From IMG/VR virus record IMGVR_UViG_3300044723_001306, positions 1-37,221 of that record: a DNA stretch of 37,221 bases. One strand, given 5' to 3'. The translations under genes and the position numbers were made by a program. Below, piece by piece: positions 19,577 to 28,848 of this stretch. Source of the stretch: a virus. Taxonomy: Duplodnaviria; Caudoviricetes. How positions within the stretch are numbered: the first letter of the stretch is position 1; the number at the start of each line of letters is the position of its first letter. Below the pieces are notes generated by a model. It ran no database searches. It saw nothing but the letters and a program-made list of their open reading frames with translations, and was not told the DNA's origin.

Positions 19577-20047
19577 TTAAACCGCACGATATGTCATACC
19601 TATTGAAAAGTCGTATCTACCTAAACCACTAGCTACTTCTTCGACTCTGGTAGGCATTTGTATTATATCCATACCGTATATCTTTGCTCTAGTTGTAGAA
19701 TCATCTGTCTCTACGTATTCATTTTCCATATTAAAACATTCTTTTAAAATTACATTTGCTAAGTTCATTGCACCACCATAATCAGGGTTTGCTTTAGTAC
19801 CATCACTACCCCACTGCCCTGCATAAGCAATTATAGGAAATATAGCTGATTGTATATGGGCTTGTGATGAGGGCCTTACTAAAATACCACCTGCTCTTAC
19901 GAACACTAAAAATGGTAATTGTGCATCTCTAGGTAATCTAGTAGATATTCTTGTGCCAAGTAAGTCAGTTACAGGTGTTTTAGAAAGCAAAAATTTTCTG
20001 AATATAATTTCAGCATCTGGTGGTACGGGTTGTCCTGTTGTTGGCAT
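19577..20047 (-). CDS. Tail terminator / tail completion protein (SPP1 gp17, DUF3168-like)
   Basis: VTDLLGTRISTRLP...LPFLVF motif; 156 aa; position upstream of the tail tube gene. Confidence 0.75.
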   Translation of the reverse strand: MPTTGQPVPPDAEIIFRKFLLSKTPVTDLLGTRISTRLPRDAQLPFLVFVRAGGILVRPSSQAHIQSAIFPIIAYAGQWGSDGTKANPDYGGAMNLANVILKECFNMENEYVETDDSTTRAKIYGMDIIQMPTRVEEVASGLGRYDFSIGMTYRAV

Positions 20048-20067
20048 GATATTATATTAATAGAGTT

Positions 20068-23000
20068 TTACCAACTAGGAGTTATTTTAAACATAGGATT
20101 ACCATCATTATCTCCAAATATTGTTCCATATTTGTAAGCACGTTGGCTATTATGCGGGTAAGCGTCCATAATTTCTTTTTGTAATTTTTTAAAATCAGAA
20201 ATACCCATTTGTACTACGTCTTTAATAGTTTCAGATTTAACCATTTTTCTGTTTAGAGAATAAGCAGGAAATAAGCTAAAAGCACCTTCAATTAATTTAA
20301 AAGATTCTGGTAGATTTTCTTGTGAATTTATACCATCTAAGGTTTTATTATTTACTCCATACATCCATTTAACACTATCGTCTGCTATATTTGACCTCAG
20401 CATAGGGCTTCTTATAGAGTGGTAATATACGCCCTTCAAAAATAGAGCTCTTTGATAGTCATTAGGAAAATAACCAGTATTAGTTCCATTATGTAATATT
20501 ATTGCTAGCTGTTCTGCTGCAGCACTCGGGCTACCCTTTACATTCCTTCTACCTTGCCAAAATATTTGACCTAAATCAAATGGTGCCATAGAGTCATAAC
20601 CACCAATTACACCCATTATTCTTTTAGTACCCTTCTCTAATAACGACCCTCTAGTAATATTTTTCATAGCAATTTCTTCGATGTAACTATCTCCATATTG
20701 AGGAGCAGTAGTGTTTACTGTTCTAACAGCTAAATCATCAACATACGCAGTACCAGTGCTCTGCAAACCACTAGTCAAACTGTCCTTTAAGGTTCCTCCA
20801 GCAGATGCAGAAAGAAAATCATCTACCACGGCAGTACCATTTCTTTGAACATATAAGTCAAACAAAACGTCATCAGATAAAAGTCTATCTCTTAACACTT
20901 GTGCATTGTGAACTGCTCCTATTGAAGATTGATTAGTGCTTACAATTTTATCTACACCTCTCATAGGGTCTGTAGAAAAATCTCTAAAAGCTTGCACACC
21001 TGGGTCGTAGTAATCTTGTAAGTCTTGCTCAAGTTGAGTAAATGGTCTAGATGTTCCCTCTATACTGTCATAAACCAGATTTTTTTCTGTAAATACCTTT
21101 CTTTTACCTGTTTCAAAATCTTGTTCAACTATGTGTGCTTTGTAAGCAGCATCTTCAACAGAGTAAACAATATTTACAGAGTGAACATCTTCCCAATTAA
21201 TTTTTTCAGCATTTGCATGATAAAATTGTTTTATTACATCTTTGTCTACTCTTTTTTTATCTGCGTATCTTTTTGCAATAAACGCAGATGCAGATGCAAC
21301 ATTAATTTTTGCTCTTTCTACACTGTAAGCCTGTGATTGAAGTAAATTTCTAAATTGAATCTCGCTACTATCTAAACCATTTATGTTCTTAAAAAATATA
21401 CTATTGTGCCTATTTTGAAACTTTAAAGTTTCTTTTCGTGCAGTTTCTGAAATAGCTTTTTCTATAATACTTTTTGTTTGAGTATCAACAGAATCCATTA
21501 AAGGGGTTAATCTTTTAGTCATAACTCTTTGTAATTCATAATTTAACCCATGTATAAAATCTTTACCTAAGAATATTCTTTTGTATTCATTAATTGGATG
21601 TCTAGGGTCATTTAATGCTATATAACCACCTCTAGGCCCTCTAAAAGGACCACCCTGTGCTTTAGCTAAATTAAATGCTGTTACAAACCCTTCCCAGCTA
21701 CCTTCTAATATTGCCTTAATTTTTGGGTCACTAGCCGGATTTAGATTCATGCTTAAATCAAATCCAAATTTTTCTAGGAATATTCTGTCACCCTCATTTT
21801 TAAAACCCAGGTCTCTAATTGCTTCAGGTTCAATACCTGTAAACTTAGATGCTTTTCTATAATCAATTTTTCCAGTTAAAGGATTCTTAAACATACCAAC
21901 CATGTTTTTCATATCTCCTTCATTAAGATTTAGTACAGGCATCTCTCCACTAGCCATACTTCCATTAGCCATGTTTTGATAAAATGTTCCATAAAACTTT
22001 GTAACCCCAGGTGTTTTACCACTCCCATGTTGATATAGTGTATCGGGAGTGCTTTGTTGACCAGACAATTGACCAAGTTGAATTGTTTCTCTTTTACCGT
22101 AATAACCAACAGAACTCATATTTACCTCTGCAAAGTTAGCTATACTATTAGCTTTATCATCAATGACATCTAATATTCCTTGTTTATCCAACATTGGACC
22201 ATCAATACCTAAATTTCTTTTTTGACTATTGTCCATCATTCTAAACACGTCTGTAGCTCTTACATTTCCTACAGCACCAGATTGTCTAAATAAAGCTAAA
22301 CTTCTACCCATGGCAATACGTGCTTCATTTGCATGGTCTGAACCTCTTATGGTTCCTTTTTTATTTTGAATTAAACCTTTAAAATCTTTTTCCATTTGAA
22401 GTATTCTTCTAACTCCATCTTTACGAGTCCTCTTAAGTTGTTGTTCTTCTCTTTTTAAATTACGTCTAACTTTTACACCAGCTTTGTCAGAAGAACCTAT
22501 GTCGTAAGGGCTTCTTATTTGATAAACGCCTTCAATACTACTAGCCATTCTAAATGTACCACTTTTACCTGCAGCATTTGCTGTAAAAGAACCACCACCT
22601 GTATCAAAAATACCAAAAAATGCTGCTGCTCTAGTTCCTGCTTTACCCATAAAGTTAGATGCCAAATAAAACATACCATCAGTTCTTGAGTCTAGAGTCA
22701 TGTTTCTATCATGAGCAGGACCACCAAACTCAATTGAAAATATGTCTCTAATGCCATCTGCTTTTTTAGATTTAGATGATATACCACCAGCAGATACTTG
22801 ATATCTAAATAAATAATCTGTACCGTCGTTTTCGTTTTTACCTTTTCTTTCCATTCTGTGCATATGAATAGATTTTTGAATTTGTATTCTTGTTGGAACG
22901 TAGTTATGTGATGTTCTCATTTTTTGAGACCTACCTTTATTTTTTGCAGTACTGTCAAATGCAGGGTTGGAAAATGTAGATAATCCTCTTTTCTCAATAT

Positions 23001-25239
23001 TCTTTCCACCACTCTTTCCACGTATTGTATAATCAAAAGTACCAAATACATACTCTAATAAATCATCGTCTTGCATACCTACTAGAAGTTTTGCAATTTG
23101 TTTTTCAGCATCTCTAAATAATTTAGTAGCGCCTGTGTTTTTAGAACCTCTTGCATTTATTGCAGCATTCAACAGTGCATGTGTTTGAGTAGTTTTTGCA
23201 ACTTTAGTATAATTTGTATGTAATGTTTTTATTTTTTTATCCCACCAAGATACATCTTTGCCATAGAGTGTGTCACCTTCATTTGCAAATGCACGACTTG
23301 TACTTCCAACTTGGTTTTTAAATTTTTGGTTTGTAGAAACTTTAGGTCTACCTTTAGAATCATAAGTTATACTTATTCCAGGGACTTTACCAGTAACAAT
23401 ATCTATATAACCTATAGAGTGACCTAAACCCATTGTGGTAGGAGCAGCAGCTTTACCTGCATGATAAATATTATTGACCATACCGTCAGTAATTACACTA
23501 GATTTAGTAGAATGCATTCTTAAACCCTTAACCCCTTTATGTCTATTTGCCTGCATGGTCACTTCTCTTAAATATTCAGATTCATAAAAAGGTCCAGAAG
23601 CAGGCCTAAACCTAGCTTCAGTAACAAGTGGTGTTCCAGTTATATATTTGCTAATTTGGTCAGCTTTGTTAAACGCGTTTATTGTAGTTGCTTCACTTGA
23701 CCTTACTGCAAATGCTCCCTGTGTAAGATTTTTATTTCTACCTCTGTCAAAGTTAATCATTTGTCCAAGTATTGCACCAGTATCTTGATATCCATTCTGC
23801 ATTAGCCAATTAGAAAATCTTCTGATTGCTTCACGTTCTGTTGCTCTACCTACAATTTCTTTACCTACAACATCAGCATTTATTGACAAAATTGCTTGTG
23901 ATAAATATCTAGCTGCATTTGCTGGTCCTTTTACTCCTTTAAGAACTTGCTCAGATGCCATATGACCAAATGATTGTAAAAAATGTTGTAACTCTTTAAG
24001 ACCATCATCATTTAAAAACAATTGCGACAGTGCAGCTCCATTTCTTCCTGCGTCTTTATTTAAACTTACTAAAAAATTGTTTCTTAATAAAGCTTGCTGT
24101 TTTCTCATTTCAGCTGTTGTAACACCACCAGTAATTGTATTAATATGTATATTGTCTTCTTTAGTTGCTCTCCTTACACCAGTAACTGGGTCTTTTTCTC
24201 CTACTTTTTGATTTCTTGGTGTAAGCATTTTACCTTGACTTCCAAGCTCTTTATAATTACGTGTTTGAGTAAAAGCAATTAATTGATTAACTCTATTGTA
24301 TTCTGCTTCACGCATCATCTCAGTTCTAGCTTTTTGTGGTAATGTCATAGTTCTTGCGTCATCTTGATATTTATGATTAGCTATAGCATTGTCTAAAACA
24401 TCTGCAAGTCTTTTCTGAGTTCCTCCCATTCCTTTTTCAAGTATGTCTGAATCTGCAATACCAACTTTTGACAATACTTTATCTATTGAAATTGGTAATT
24501 CTGCAGGTTGTTCAAACGTAATACCCTCAAATATTCTTTTACCACTTTTGCCTTGTTTTATATTAGAAGAAACTTTTTTTCTATTTTTTTCTCGACTCAT
24601 TACTTGCATAATTGGGTTATCAGTAAAAGGATTAGGGGCGTGTGTATATGCATCAGCAAATGTTCTGTTACGCCATTGAATAAATACATTGCCTTTTCCT
24701 GGTATCTGCGCTTGGTTTAAAAGAGTATTATCCACTCGACTAGGATTTACTTCTTGAAGTAAACTCATTACTATACCACCAGAACCAACAGACCTAGCTT
24801 GTTTTAATAATGCAGATGTCTCCCTACCTATAAGAATGTTTGTTGCTCTATCTATTGGTGTATTCGTTTTAACAGCACTGCTAATTGTAGGTCTAATTTT
24901 ACCAACAATTTTTGCTGCACCTAGTAATTTTTGACGACTAAGTATTTGACCACCTAATACATTACTGGGATTTCTAAGGTTCTTTTTAATAGCATTTAAG
25001 TTGTTTCCAAATTGACCAACCATATAAGGTACAGAACCTAAAGCAGCAAAATCAACACCAAATGCTCCTAGTGTTGATAAGTTATAACCTACTGCATAAA
25101 GTAATTCTTTTCTAGGTAGATTACGTAATGATTTGAATAAAGGTATCTTACCTTTGCCATAATTTGGGCTTTTATCGGTAAGTGTAAAACCACCGGATTT
25201 AAAGAACTCTTTAACATACTGACCAGGTCTATAAGCCAT
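20068..25239 (-). CDS. Giant basic protein in the HK97-gp10-like neck slot
   Basis: 1723-aa intact ORF coupled to the head-closure gene (TGATG); dispersed gp10-like motifs AP...IQKSI...IEFGG...FMGKA. The ORF is secure; the family call is tentative. Confidence 0.6.
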   Translation of the reverse strand: MAYRPGQYVKEFFKSGGFTLTDKSPNYGKGKIPLFKSLRNLPRKELLYAVGYNLSTLGAFGVDFAALGSVPYMVGQFGNNLNAIKKNLRNPSNVLGGQILSRQKLLGAAKIVGKIRPTISSAVKTNTPIDRATNILIGRETSALLKQARSVGSGGIVMSLLQEVNPSRVDNTLLNQAQIPGKGNVFIQWRNRTFADAYTHAPNPFTDNPIMQVMSREKNRKKVSSNIKQGKSGKRIFEGITFEQPAELPISIDKVLSKVGIADSDILEKGMGGTQKRLADVLDNAIANHKYQDDARTMTLPQKARTEMMREAEYNRVNQLIAFTQTRNYKELGSQGKMLTPRNQKVGEKDPVTGVRRATKEDNIHINTITGGVTTAEMRKQQALLRNNFLVSLNKDAGRNGAALSQLFLNDDGLKELQHFLQSFGHMASEQVLKGVKGPANAARYLSQAILSINADVVGKEIVGRATEREAIRRFSNWLMQNGYQDTGAILGQMINFDRGRNKNLTQGAFAVRSSEATTINAFNKADQISKYITGTPLVTEARFRPASGPFYESEYLREVTMQANRHKGVKGLRMHSTKSSVITDGMVNNIYHAGKAAAPTTMGLGHSIGYIDIVTGKVPGISITYDSKGRPKVSTNQKFKNQVGSTSRAFANEGDTLYGKDVSWWDKKIKTLHTNYTKVAKTTQTHALLNAAINARGSKNTGATKLFRDAEKQIAKLLVGMQDDDLLEYVFGTFDYTIRGKSGGKNIEKRGLSTFSNPAFDSTAKNKGRSQKMRTSHNYVPTRIQIQKSIHMHRMERKGKNENDGTDYLFRYQVSAGGISSKSKKADGIRDIFSIEFGGPAHDRNMTLDSRTDGMFYLASNFMGKAGTRAAAFFGIFDTGGGSFTANAAGKSGTFRMASSIEGVYQIRSPYDIGSSDKAGVKVRRNLKREEQQLKRTRKDGVRRILQMEKDFKGLIQNKKGTIRGSDHANEARIAMGRSLALFRQSGAVGNVRATDVFRMMDNSQKRNLGIDGPMLDKQGILDVIDDKANSIANFAEVNMSSVGYYGKRETIQLGQLSGQQSTPDTLYQHGSGKTPGVTKFYGTFYQNMANGSMASGEMPVLNLNEGDMKNMVGMFKNPLTGKIDYRKASKFTGIEPEAIRDLGFKNEGDRIFLEKFGFDLSMNLNPASDPKIKAILEGSWEGFVTAFNLAKAQGGPFRGPRGGYIALNDPRHPINEYKRIFLGKDFIHGLNYELQRVMTKRLTPLMDSVDTQTKSIIEKAISETARKETLKFQNRHNSIFFKNINGLDSSEIQFRNLLQSQAYSVERAKINVASASAFIAKRYADKKRVDKDVIKQFYHANAEKINWEDVHSVNIVYSVEDAAYKAHIVEQDFETGKRKVFTEKNLVYDSIEGTSRPFTQLEQDLQDYYDPGVQAFRDFSTDPMRGVDKIVSTNQSSIGAVHNAQVLRDRLLSDDVLFDLYVQRNGTAVVDDFLSASAGGTLKDSLTSGLQSTGTAYVDDLAVRTVNTTAPQYGDSYIEEIAMKNITRGSLLEKGTKRIMGVIGGYDSMAPFDLGQIFWQGRRNVKGSPSAAAEQLAIILHNGTNTGYFPNDYQRALFLKGVYYHSIRSPMLRSNIADDSVKWMYGVNNKTLDGINSQENLPESFKLIEGAFSLFPAYSLNRKMVKSETIKDVVQMGISDFKKLQKEIMDAYPHNSQRAYKYGTIFGDNDGNPMFKITPSW

Positions 25240-25589
25240 CAGTCGAATCTATGACAAGTTACTATTACCCCCAATACTCTATTGTCTCTTGTAAAGGACT
25301 TTCTAACACCATCAATTTCATAATATTTTGAAGTATCAACAGTATCTTGTAATCTCATATCTGCTTGTATGTTTACATCACCAGGACAACTAATAATAAA
25401 ATTTGTAAGTATAGTATTTTGACCACTTCTGTTTTCAACACTACCTAAATCCTGTATGTGACATTTGACGTTTGTTAAAGCAGTTTGCCATGAATTAGAT
25501 TCAAGGCCTCTTTCATCTAAAGCAGTATCATCCAATGTTTGTACATTTATTGTGTCTGTATATAAACGAGTTGTTAATTTGCCGACCAT
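25239..25589 (-). CDS. Head closure / stopper protein (SPP1 gp16-like)
   Basis: 116 aa; DERG...W...VKCHIQ...IQADMRL...YEIDGV pattern; position. Confidence 0.8.
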   Translation of the reverse strand: MVGKLTTRLYTDTINVQTLDDTALDERGLESNSWQTALTNVKCHIQDLGSVENRSGQNTILTNFIISCPGDVNIQADMRLQDTVDTSKYYEIDGVRKSFTRDNRVLGVIVTCHRFD

Positions 25590-25613
25590 AACAACACTTT
25601 AACAGTTGAATTA

Positions 25614-26258
25614 TTAATTTATGGTATCAGTGACCTTGCTGTCAATGCTTCTTTTCATTCTTCTAGATTTAGATTTACAAATTTTACAAAAAGGAACAAG
25701 TCCATCTTTGTATTTTCTATTACGAGTAAAAGAACTCCTAGATTTTTCTTTTTTACATAATAGGCATAATTTTTTATCATTTAAAATATTTGAAGTTTTT
25801 TTAGTTAAACAGTTAACACAATATGGAACAAGTCCATCTGCATATTTTTGACTTTTAGTAAATTCAATAATGTCTTTATCTTGATTACACTTTTTACAGA
25901 CTTTACTAGTAGGATTTAATTTTTTACTTTTTGCTATATTTTGTGATTGTGTAATTAAAGACTCAACTTCAGGATTTTTTCTCATCCATGTCATAAAGGC
26001 ATCTCTACCAATAGGTAAATCTTCATAAAGTTCTAAAGAAGTTAAAGTATGCTTTCCAGAAGCAATATCTTCTGATATCTTTTTTGCTAATCTCATATCT
26101 AATTTATATTTAGACTTGACACCAGATTCTAACTTTATTTGCCTGACTCTTTCAGCAGTGCATCCCCATTCATCAGCCCAATCTTGTAATTTTTTATTAG
26201 GAAATTGCAAGAACATTTTTCTTGCTACTTCTGGTGTTGGTGCTTTTCTTATAGGCAT
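25614..26258 (-). CDS. DNA-binding protein: sigma-region-4-like HTH plus two C4 zinc-finger repeats
   Basis: LQDWADEWGCTAERVRQI; CKKC...KYADGLVPYCVNC and CLLC...KYKDGLVPFCKIC; strongly basic. Confidence 0.7.
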   Translation of the reverse strand: MPIRKAPTPEVARKMFLQFPNKKLQDWADEWGCTAERVRQIKLESGVKSKYKLDMRLAKKISEDIASGKHTLTSLELYEDLPIGRDAFMTWMRKNPEVESLITQSQNIAKSKKLNPTSKVCKKCNQDKDIIEFTKSQKYADGLVPYCVNCLTKKTSNILNDKKLCLLCKKEKSRSSFTRNRKYKDGLVPFCKICKSKSRRMKRSIDSKVTDTIN

Positions 26259-26272
26259 AGCCTATATTTTAG

Positions 26273-26932
26273 CTAAATAAAAAAACTTTTTTTGTATTGT
26301 CCCAACATATTTATGTCTGCACCTGAAAGTATTGCTACTGAGTTCATACCTATGTTACCTACATAGTTAATCTGATAGTCCCCAACAGATTCTGAGTCTG
26401 TGGCAGTAAAGTTTCCAACTTGGTCTGTTAAAGGTTTTTGAGCAACAATTTCATTTGGTTCTTGTTGAGCTGAAAGAACTAATGCAGATTCAAGTAATCT
26501 TGCAGCTGCTCTTGCAGTGACAACTTTAAAGTTGTTAGGTAATGCAGGTCCTGTTCCACCACCAGTGTTATATCCAGCAGTATAACTTACAGTTATATTA
26601 TCTGGATATGCAAATGACCATCTAGAACCTAATCTTCTTATACGACCATTTGAATACCATAAAAAATCTTTTTGGTTTCCGTATTCTAAGGTAGTTCCAT
26701 CTTCTACTACAGATGTGACTCCCAAAACAGGTCGTTCATCTAAAAAGTATTCTTTTGTTTGGTTACCTGAAAAAGTTTCAGTGTATGTTCCGTAATCTAC
26801 TGTATAACCAACATATTCCCTAATAGCATCTTCGACTACAGGAATTAGATTGTTAGTTAAATGAGATTCTAAGTCACTATGAAAGTCTATTAAGGCAAAT
26901 GTCTCTACATCAGCAGCAGTACAGAAAGCCAT
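26273..26932 (-). CDS. Head-tail connector / adaptor (gp6/gp15-like)
   Basis: MAFCTAADV...IREYVG...ITVSYTAGY...ESVGDYQINY...LGQYK; strong AGGAGGT RBS. Confidence 0.85.
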   Translation of the reverse strand: MAFCTAADVETFALIDFHSDLESHLTNNLIPVVEDAIREYVGYTVDYGTYTETFSGNQTKEYFLDERPVLGVTSVVEDGTTLEYGNQKDFLWYSNGRIRRLGSRWSFAYPDNITVSYTAGYNTGGGTGPALPNNFKVVTARAAARLLESALVLSAQQEPNEIVAQKPLTDQVGNFTATDSESVGDYQINYVGNIGMNSVAILSGADINMLGQYKKSFFI

Positions 26933-26942
26933 TTATGACCTC

Positions 26943-27209
26943 CTATTCGTCTTCAGATTTAGATTCTTCTACCTTAGCGGATTTATCTTCTACTGGTTTT
27001 TGAGCTTTAGTTTTAGCTGGAGCTGCTTTTTTAGCAGGAGCTTTCTTAGGAGCATCTAATGCGCCTTGCTCTTTTAACCATTCGGTGGGATATTCCTTAC
27101 CAGCTTTAGCAATTAAGTCTGCTTGAGCTGATGGTAAATCTGCTGGAACACCTTTCCAGATTTTCCCGTCAGGTAATTTATAAACGTTTGTGTCTAATAT
27201 TGTATACAT
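26943..27209 (-). CDS. Small capsid-adjacent protein with Lys/Ala/Pro-rich tail
   Basis: 88 aa; PKKAPAKKAAPAKTKAQKP low-complexity C-terminal segment. Confidence 0.75.
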   Translation of the reverse strand: MYTILDTNVYKLPDGKIWKGVPADLPSAQADLIAKAGKEYPTEWLKEQGALDAPKKAPAKKAAPAKTKAQKPVEDKSAKVEESKSEDE

Positions 27210-27225
27210 AATAATCTATCCTAAC

Positions 27226-27288
27226 CTACTTCCCACGCTTCTTTGGTTTTTTAGGTCCTTTCTTAGGTTTATATTTTCCATAACCCAT
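27226..27288 (-). CDS. Lys-rich micro-peptide MGYGKYKPKKGPKKPKKRGK (20 aa)
   Basis: Manual translation; AGGAGA upstream; starts 3 nt after the stop of the preceding micro-ORF. Confidence 0.7.
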   Translation of the reverse strand: MGYGKYKPKKGPKKPKKRGK

Positions 27289-27291
27289 AAT

Positions 27292-27378
27292 TTATCTTCT
27301 CCTAGGTCGTCGTCTAGCACTTTTTTTAGGGCGAACTCTACCACCCATTCGGTATGATTTAGGTCTACCCCTCGGCAT
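27292..27378 (-). CDS. Arg-rich protamine-like micro-peptide MPRGRPKSYRMGGRVRPKKSARRRPRRR (28 aa)
   Basis: Manual translation; start overlaps the end of the upstream ORF by 14 nt; purine-rich GAGGAGAAGG upstream. Confidence 0.7.
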   Translation of the reverse strand: MPRGRPKSYRMGGRVRPKKSARRRPRRR

Positions 27379-27544
27379 CTTTTTCTACCTTCTCCTCATC
27401 AGAAACTTTTTTTGCCTTCTCTGTTTTAGGAATAGTAAAATTTTTTAATATCTCTTCAGACTTTTTAAAAAAATCTTTATCCCTTACAATCATTCCAAAT
27501 CTTTCAACTTGGTCTTTTGCATTTTGTTTGTTAACGTATTTCAT
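27365..27544 (-). CDS. Small charged hypothetical protein (59 aa)
   Basis: MKYVNKQNAKDQVERFGMIVRDKDFFKKSEEILKNF...DAEG; AAGGAG 4 nt before the ATG; just under the ORF-track size cutoff. Confidence 0.75.
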   Translation of the reverse strand: MKYVNKQNAKDQVERFGMIVRDKDFFKKSEEILKNFTIPKTEKAKKVSDEEKVEKDAEG

Positions 27545-27556
27545 AATTCTCCTTGT

Positions 27557-27594
27557 GGTTTGAAGGGCGAATACAAATCCGCCCTTATAAAACC
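27557..27594 (-). terminator. Stem-loop after the capsid gene (partial terminator or mRNA stabiliser)
   Basis: Minus strand GGUUU..AAGGGCGGA UUUGUA UUCGCCCUU..AAACC; no U tract follows. Confidence 0.6.
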
Positions 27595-27601
27595 GTCAGT
27601 A

Positions 27602-28834
27602 CTATATGTTAGTAATAGTACAGAATGCTGTTGGGCGATAAATCGCAAAACCAAGACGCATAGTTAATCTAATTGCCAATTGGTTCTTTGCGAAGAAATC
27701 GCTGTGGCTGTCAGAAACAGCTAGGTCAACGCCTTCTCTCATAATTACTTGAGCTGCGTCGCCACCGCTGAACTTACCTACAAGCATTGTGCCTTCAGCA
27801 ATAACTGTTGAAGGAACTACTTTTAGTCCCCAAATTCTTGGAGCAGCATCGGCACCAAAGCCACCAGCAACCACAAATAATGGGTTCTTAGAACCACTTG
27901 TGTCTACTTCTGTGACTGAAGTTACGATGTCGTACCAGTCAGATGGGTGCATTACTATTGAATCAGGTTCGACGAAAGCGTCTTTTCTGATTTCTGTAAT
28001 TGCTTGATAGATTTGTCCAAGCTTTCCTAATTCTCCAGCGTATGGTAAAGCGTAATCAAATGTATTGATTCCGGATTTGTTTAATACACCAGTTAAATTA
28101 GGAGCTGAACCGTTACCATTAATTAATTGGTTGTCCATGTTCAACTTCATCATTGTTGATAAACGTGAGTTGACATATCCTTGGATACCAGTAACATCAG
28201 CTAACAATTCGTCAGTTACAGGCAAGAAAGTAGCCATCTTTCTGATGGATTCTGTCCTTTCTGTAAATGCTAAAGCACCTTCATTAGATGTACTAATGTC
28301 AGTAGATTCAGCAACTGAACCAGCATTGTTTGTGAATGTTGTCTCTTCGAGATAGACATATGCATTTTGGTTAGTTTGAATTTGGTCAAACAATCCAATA
28401 ACGCTGTCTGGATTACGAAGAGCGGTCTCTAGGATTCCAGGAGCTCTTACGCTCTCTGGTGGATAACCTGTTGTGTTTAAAGTTGTTTTAAATTCAGCTT
28501 GTGAATCTACACCTTTAACGCCTTTTTCAACATATGCTTTATAAGCATCTGTCTGAGCAAATTGTTCCCCAATAGATTGTGGACCTTTTTGCTCTGGCAT
28601 TACATTTGGTATAGAATTTACAGGCTCTTTATCAACCTCTAAAGCTTTCTCGTTTTTGACTTTAGCTTCTTCTATTTTTAAATCCTCAACAAGTCCAGCA
28701 AGTTCTGTGTTGTAGCCTTTGATTTTCTCTTTGGCTTCAGCTGTGTACTTACCGTCTTCTTGTGAATCAAAAGCAGCTTTTAAGTCTTCACGAGATTTTG
28801 CAATTTGCTCTTTGAGCTTTGCTACTTCACTCAT
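27602..28834 (-). CDS. Major capsid protein, HK97 fold with N-terminal delta domain
   Basis: Coiled-coil N-terminus, SIGEQF, KMATFLPVTDELLAD, LINGNGSAPNLTG, VMHPSDW, FAKNQLAIR...YRPTAF; AGGAG RBS. Confidence 0.97.
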   Translation of the reverse strand: MSEVAKLKEQIAKSREDLKAAFDSQEDGKYTAEAKEKIKGYNTELAGLVEDLKIEEAKVKNEKALEVDKEPVNSIPNVMPEQKGPQSIGEQFAQTDAYKAYVEKGVKGVDSQAEFKTTLNTTGYPPESVRAPGILETALRNPDSVIGLFDQIQTNQNAYVYLEETTFTNNAGSVAESTDISTSNEGALAFTERTESIRKMATFLPVTDELLADVTGIQGYVNSRLSTMMKLNMDNQLINGNGSAPNLTGVLNKSGINTFDYALPYAGELGKLGQIYQAITEIRKDAFVEPDSIVMHPSDWYDIVTSVTEVDTSGSKNPLFVVAGGFGADAAPRIWGLKVVPSTVIAEGTMLVGKFSGGDAAQVIMREGVDLAVSDSHSDFFAKNQLAIRLTMRLGFAIYRPTAFCTITNI

Positions 28835-28848
28835 GGTTTATATATCTC

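Noticed and set aside
20068-25239. 1723-aa ORF as a virion RNA polymerase, helicase/methylase or intein-containing protein
   Set aside because: No DxDGD, Walker, methyltransferase or intein splice motifs seen by eye; remote homology cannot be excluded without a structure search.
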